The notes beneath the pieces were generated by a model that worked only from the letters and a program-made list of their open reading frames with translations, had not been told where the DNA came from and made no database searches. From the NCBI GenBank assembly GCA_965223705.1, contig OZ245015.1, positions 3,842,582 to 3,906,581 of the forward strand: a stretch of 64,000 nucleotides of DNA, in the 5' to 3' direction. The position numbers and the translations under genes were made by a program. The stretch comes from Myxococcota bacterium (GTDB lineage Bacteria; Myxococcota_A; UBA9160; UBA6930). Below are positions 60,920-64,000 of this stretch, in pieces. Each line of letters starts with the position of its first letter. Position 1 is the stretch's first letter.

Positions 60920-62755
60920 ATGGCACAAGAAATCGCGCGCGAAGAAACGGCCGGCCCCGCGGCCGGGGTCGCCTGGGATCTCTCCGATCTCTACACGGCC
61001 CCGGATGACCCGACACTCGAACGAGATCTCGACGACGCGTTCGCCGAAGCAGAAGCGTTGGCGTCGGAGTTACGGGGACGCGTCGGCTCACTCACGGCGT
61101 CGGAGCTCGCTTCGGCCCTCGATCGTCTCGAAGCACTCGAAGAAAAGGTCGGGCGCGCGGGATCCTACGCGGGGCTCCTGTTCGCGGCAGACACCACGCC
61201 GCCCGAGCACGGCGCCCTCTATCAAAAAGTGCAAGAACGGGGCAGTGCGATCCGCAACGAGCTCTTGTTCCTCGAGCTCGAATGGGTCGCTCTCGCGGAC
61301 GACGTGGTCGACGCACTCCTCGCCGAACCCGTTCTCGAGAAGCGCCGCCACCACCTTCGGTCGATGCGCCGCTACCGGCCACATCTCCGCAGCGAGGCCG
61401 AAGAGAAGATTCTCGAACAGACGGCCAACACAGGACGGCGAGCGTTTTCGAGGCTCTTCGACGAGGTCATGTCAGCCGCGCGCTTTCGACTGGAGGGACC
61501 CGAAGGAGAGCGGGAACTCAGCGAAGAGGAAGTGCTGTCGCTCCTCTACGACGCCGATCGCGAGACCCGACGCCGCGCGGCGCTGTCCCTGACCGAAGGC
61601 CTGCACGAAAACGAGCGCGTCCTCGCGTTCATCTTCAATACGCTCGTTCAGGACAAAGCGCAAAGCGACCGGTTGCGCGCCTACGCGAATCCCATCGACG
61701 ATCGGAACTTGGCGAACGAAATCGAGGGCGAGTCGGTCCGCGCCCTACTCGACGCCTGCGACGATCGCTACGAACTCGTCCACCGCTACTACCGCTTGAA
61801 GGCCGAGCTGCTTGGTCTCTCGCAACTCGAGGACTACGACCGCTACGCGCCGCTCCCGGCGGCGAATCGCGACTTCCGTTTCGACGAAGCGCGCGAGATC
61901 GTCATTTCCGCGTATCGCGCGTTCTCTCCGAACATGGCCGAGATCGCCGACCGCTTCTTCGAATCGAATTGGATCGACGCCGAGCTTCGACCGGGGAAAC
62001 GCGGCGGCGCGTTCAGCGCTTCGACGATCCCGAGCGTGCACCCCTACGTGTTGCTCAACTACACGGGCAACATGCGAGACGTCATGACCGTGGCCCACGA
62101 ACTGGGGCACGGCGTCCACCAGTACTTGGCCCGCGAGCAGGGACTCTTCGGTCAGGACACGCCGCTCACCACAGCCGAAACCGCGAGCGTCTTCGGAGAG
62201 ATGCTCGTGTTTCGCCGCCTCATGGAACAGGAGGACGATCCCGAGGCCCGACTCGCCCTGCTCTGCGGAAAGCTCGAAGACGCGTTCGCAACGGTGTTTC
62301 GGCAAGTCGCCATGACCCGTTTTGAACAAAGCCTTCATCGCGCTCGACGCGAGGAAGGCGAACTCGCGGTTACGCGGATCAACGAACTCTGGATGGCGGC
62401 GAACGAACCGATGTTCGGCGACTCGGTGCACCTCGGCGAACACTACGCGTGCTGGTGGCTCTACATCCCGCACTTCGTCCACTCGCCGTTCTACTGCTAC
62501 GCGTACGCCTACGGCGAACTCCTCGTCTTGGCGTTGCTGCAGCGCTACGACGCGCTCGGCGACGTCTTCGTGCCGCGTTACCTCGAGCTCTTGCGCGCGG
62601 GCGGATCGGACAAACCCGAGACCCTGTTGTCCCGGGTCGGCCTCGACATTACCGAGCAGTCGTTCTGGCGGGGCGGACTCGATCTCCTCGAGAATCTCCT
62701 CGACCAAGCCGAGACGCTCGCCGCCGAGCTTCGCGGCGCTGGACAGCGCTCGTGA
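60920..62755 (+). CDS. pepF: Oligoendopeptidase F (M3B metallopeptidase)
   Basis: About 611 aa. Zinc motif HELGHGVH with a downstream E (TAETASVFGE). The N-terminal helical domain is typical of PepF. Confidence 0.85.
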   Translation: MAQEIAREETAGPAAGVAWDLSDLYTAPDDPTLERDLDDAFAEAEALASELRGRVGSLTASELASALDRLEALEEKVGRAGSYAGLLFAADTTPPEHGALYQKVQERGSAIRNELLFLELEWVALADDVVDALLAEPVLEKRRHHLRSMRRYRPHLRSEAEEKILEQTANTGRRAFSRLFDEVMSAARFRLEGPEGERELSEEEVLSLLYDADRETRRRAALSLTEGLHENERVLAFIFNTLVQDKAQSDRLRAYANPIDDRNLANEIEGESVRALLDACDDRYELVHRYYRLKAELLGLSQLEDYDRYAPLPAANRDFRFDEAREIVISAYRAFSPNMAEIADRFFESNWIDAELRPGKRGGAFSASTIPSVHPYVLLNYTGNMRDVMTVAHELGHGVHQYLAREQGLFGQDTPLTTAETASVFGEMLVFRRLMEQEDDPEARLALLCGKLEDAFATVFRQVAMTRFEQSLHRARREEGELAVTRINELWMAANEPMFGDSVHLGEHYACWWLYIPHFVHSPFYCYAYAYGELLVLALLQRYDALGDVFVPRYLELLRAGGSDKPETLLSRVGLDITEQSFWRGGLDLLENLLDQAETLAAELRGAGQRS

Positions 62756-63201
62756 CGTCACTCTGGCTGTGGATCTCGCTGGCGGTGCTCGCGGGCCTCC
62801 TCGGAAGTGTCCACGTCCCGCTGAACGGCGCACTCGGCGTCCGCGTCCAGTCCGCCCTCGTCGCGACGTTCTCCTTCTACGGTTTCGCGTTCCTGGCGAT
62901 CTCGGCGGTTCTCTTTCTGTCGGGTCAGCGAGGCGGGATCGCCTCGCTTCGCGACGTGCCCCCGGCGTACGTGATCCTGCCGGGCTTGATCAGCGCCGTG
63001 GTCGTCGGAACGAATACGTATCTGATCCCGAGACTCGGCGCGGTCAACCTCGTCGTGGTCACCGTTGCGGCGCAGTTGGTGGGCCGCGCCGTAATCTCCC
63101 ACTTCGGGTGGCTCGCTTCGCCCGTCGACCCCATCACCTGGTCGAAAGCGGTGGGCGCCCTCCTCGTCGCCGGCGGCGCTTTCCTCGTCGTTCGTCACTA
63201 G
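62752..63201 (+). CDS. Small DMT-superfamily membrane protein (DUF606/YdcZ-like)
   Basis: The GTG at 62752 (GTGA overlap with pepF). 149 aa, 5 predicted TM helices. The pattern G.N..LG......A...SF..G and the C-terminal GA.LV.GG..LV resemble YdcZ-type half transporters. Confidence 0.55.
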   Translation: MTSLWLWISLAVLAGLLGSVHVPLNGALGVRVQSALVATFSFYGFAFLAISAVLFLSGQRGGIASLRDVPPAYVILPGLISAVVVGTNTYLIPRLGAVNLVVVTVAAQLVGRAVISHFGWLASPVDPITWSKAVGALLVAGGAFLVVRH

Positions 63202-63869
63202 AGAGAGGCAGACTCGTCTCGAGGGGCTTCGCAGCTCGCCCCGTGTCCTGCGAGCTGACGACGCGCGTTTCTCAAGATGATCCAGTGGGTGATGACCAGG
63301 AACGGCACGACGAAGCCCGGGATCAAGGCCAGGGGCAACTCGCCCATGGGCGCGGTAGTAGCGGGACCGGGCAACACGCCCACTCCCGGCCGCGCGAGCA
63401 CGCCGAGTGCGATCGCCAGGGTGAAGTCGAGCAGACCGAGAGCGCTCCATGCGTAAATCGCGCGCAGCGTCGCGCGGCCCCGGTAGAGAGCCACGCCGAG
63501 CCAGAACGCTCCGATGGCCGCCGCGGCGTCGCCGAGGCCAGCGGGAAGCGCGAAGGTTGGCGATAGCACGCCATAGGCCGCGAGAAACACGAAGCCGAGA
63601 CCCAGCATGCGCCACGTGTGAAGAAGCACGAGCGGGCGGATATCAATCCGTTCTACCCAGGCGCGAAAGCCCGAGTGGACCCCCAACGCCGCGGCGAACC
63701 CGGCGATGGGAAGTGTGATCCCGAGCAGAAGGGTCAGGGGCACGCCGAGCGCGTCCTGTTGGAACACGCCGCGAAAGCCTAGGAAGAGCGCCCCGAGAAA
63801 CCACACGCAGAGGCCGGTCGCCAGGACGGCCCCTCCCACGACCTCTCGTTGCCGGACAACGGCTGTCAT
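63198..63869 (-). CDS. Hypothetical polytopic membrane protein
   Basis: 223 aa, about 6 hydrophobic helices, high third-position GC. I do not recognise a family. Its ATG overlaps the stop of the upstream MarR-like gene (ATGA). Confidence 0.5.
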   Translation of the reverse strand: MTAVVRQREVVGGAVLATGLCVWFLGALFLGFRGVFQQDALGVPLTLLLGITLPIAGFAAALGVHSGFRAWVERIDIRPLVLLHTWRMLGLGFVFLAAYGVLSPTFALPAGLGDAAAAIGAFWLGVALYRGRATLRAIYAWSALGLLDFTLAIALGVLARPGVGVLPGPATTAPMGELPLALIPGFVVPFLVITHWIILRNARRQLAGHGASCEAPRDESASL

Positions 63870-64000
63870 TCGAACCTCCCGATTTCATCGAGCGCGCCCT
63901 GCAGCGCACTCCACTGGCGCGCGCCGAGTGCATCGACAAAGGCGGCCTGAGCCTCGGCCCACCGGGGTGCGGCGCGCTTCAGTTGTGCGCGACCCCGAGA
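63866..64000 (-). CDS. C-terminal fragment of a probable MarR-family regulator (N-terminus beyond window end)
   Basis: My own reverse translation: ...SRGRAQLKRAAPRWAEAQAAFVDALGARQWSALQGALDEIGRFE*. It resembles the wing plus C-terminal dimerisation helices of MarR proteins (T..G...L....P.W...Q). Weak call. Confidence 0.35.
   Translation of the reverse strand, partial: SRGRAQLKRAAPRWAEAQAAFVDALGARQWSALQGALDEIGRFE

Noticed and set aside
1-64000. Search for CRISPR arrays, transposases/IS ends, integrases, phage genes, toxin-antitoxin pairs and known defence systems
   Set aside because: I found no regularly spaced direct repeats. No ORF has DDE, tyrosine- or serine-recombinase, capsid or terminase, nuclease-helicase or NTPase-effector hallmarks. 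Apart from short intergenic AT-rich promoters, composition is uniform. The EPS locus looks native rather than a recently acquired island.

Overview
This is a visibly GC-rich chromosomal core segment (high-60s % judged by eye, not computed) from a diderm bacterium. The lineage cannot be fixed from this window alone.

Content in order:
1. A partial SDR epimerase and an HDAC-family deacetylase.
2. A complete, almost gap-free division/cell-wall (dcw) cluster, mraZ-rsmH-ftsL-ftsI-murE-murF-mraY-murD-ftsW-murG-murC-murB-ftsQ-ftsA-ftsZ (1941-19268). It has a recognisable MraZ-type triple-repeat operator and no ddl.
3. A crotonase gene, then a ~16 kb Wzx/Wzy-type exopolysaccharide locus (20182-36572). 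It encodes a GDP-mannose 3,5-epimerase homologue, Wza/Wzc-like export proteins, a priming phosphoglycosyl transferase, three glycosyltransferases, a Wzy-like polymerase, a beta-helix lipoprotein, a flippase and two sugar redox enzymes.
4. Housekeeping and metabolic genes: ndk, a quinone oxidoreductase, RNase P RNA (type A), a short ArgA-like gene, a sigma-70-family factor behind a ~620 nt untranslated gap, uppP, an RND pump pair, an acyl-CoA ligase, thrH, a cytochrome c, a PhyH dioxygenase, an acyl-CoA desaturase/ferredoxin/PP2C trio, an LhgO-like flavoprotein, a PfkB kinase, purN, a PagL-like deacylase and gloA.
5. A translesion module, imuA-imuB, whose 3' end overlaps convergent dinB. It is followed by pepF, a small DMT transporter and a MarR-coupled membrane protein.

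I saw no rRNA, tRNA, CRISPR, transposase, integrase, phage or recognisable defence genes. I did not find a convincing wholly novel multi-gene system.

The items most worth a second look:
- the structured non-coding regions at 2388-2586, 39910-40528 and 56349-56544
- the duplicated FtsZ C-terminal peptide
- the EPS locus with GME and a Wzy-coupled beta-helix lipoprotein
- the imuAB cassette without dnaE2
- a flavoprotein whose Rossmann motif lies upstream of any canonical start codon

Many long ORFs in the supplied track are antisense or off-frame shadows typical of GC-rich DNA, and I discarded them.
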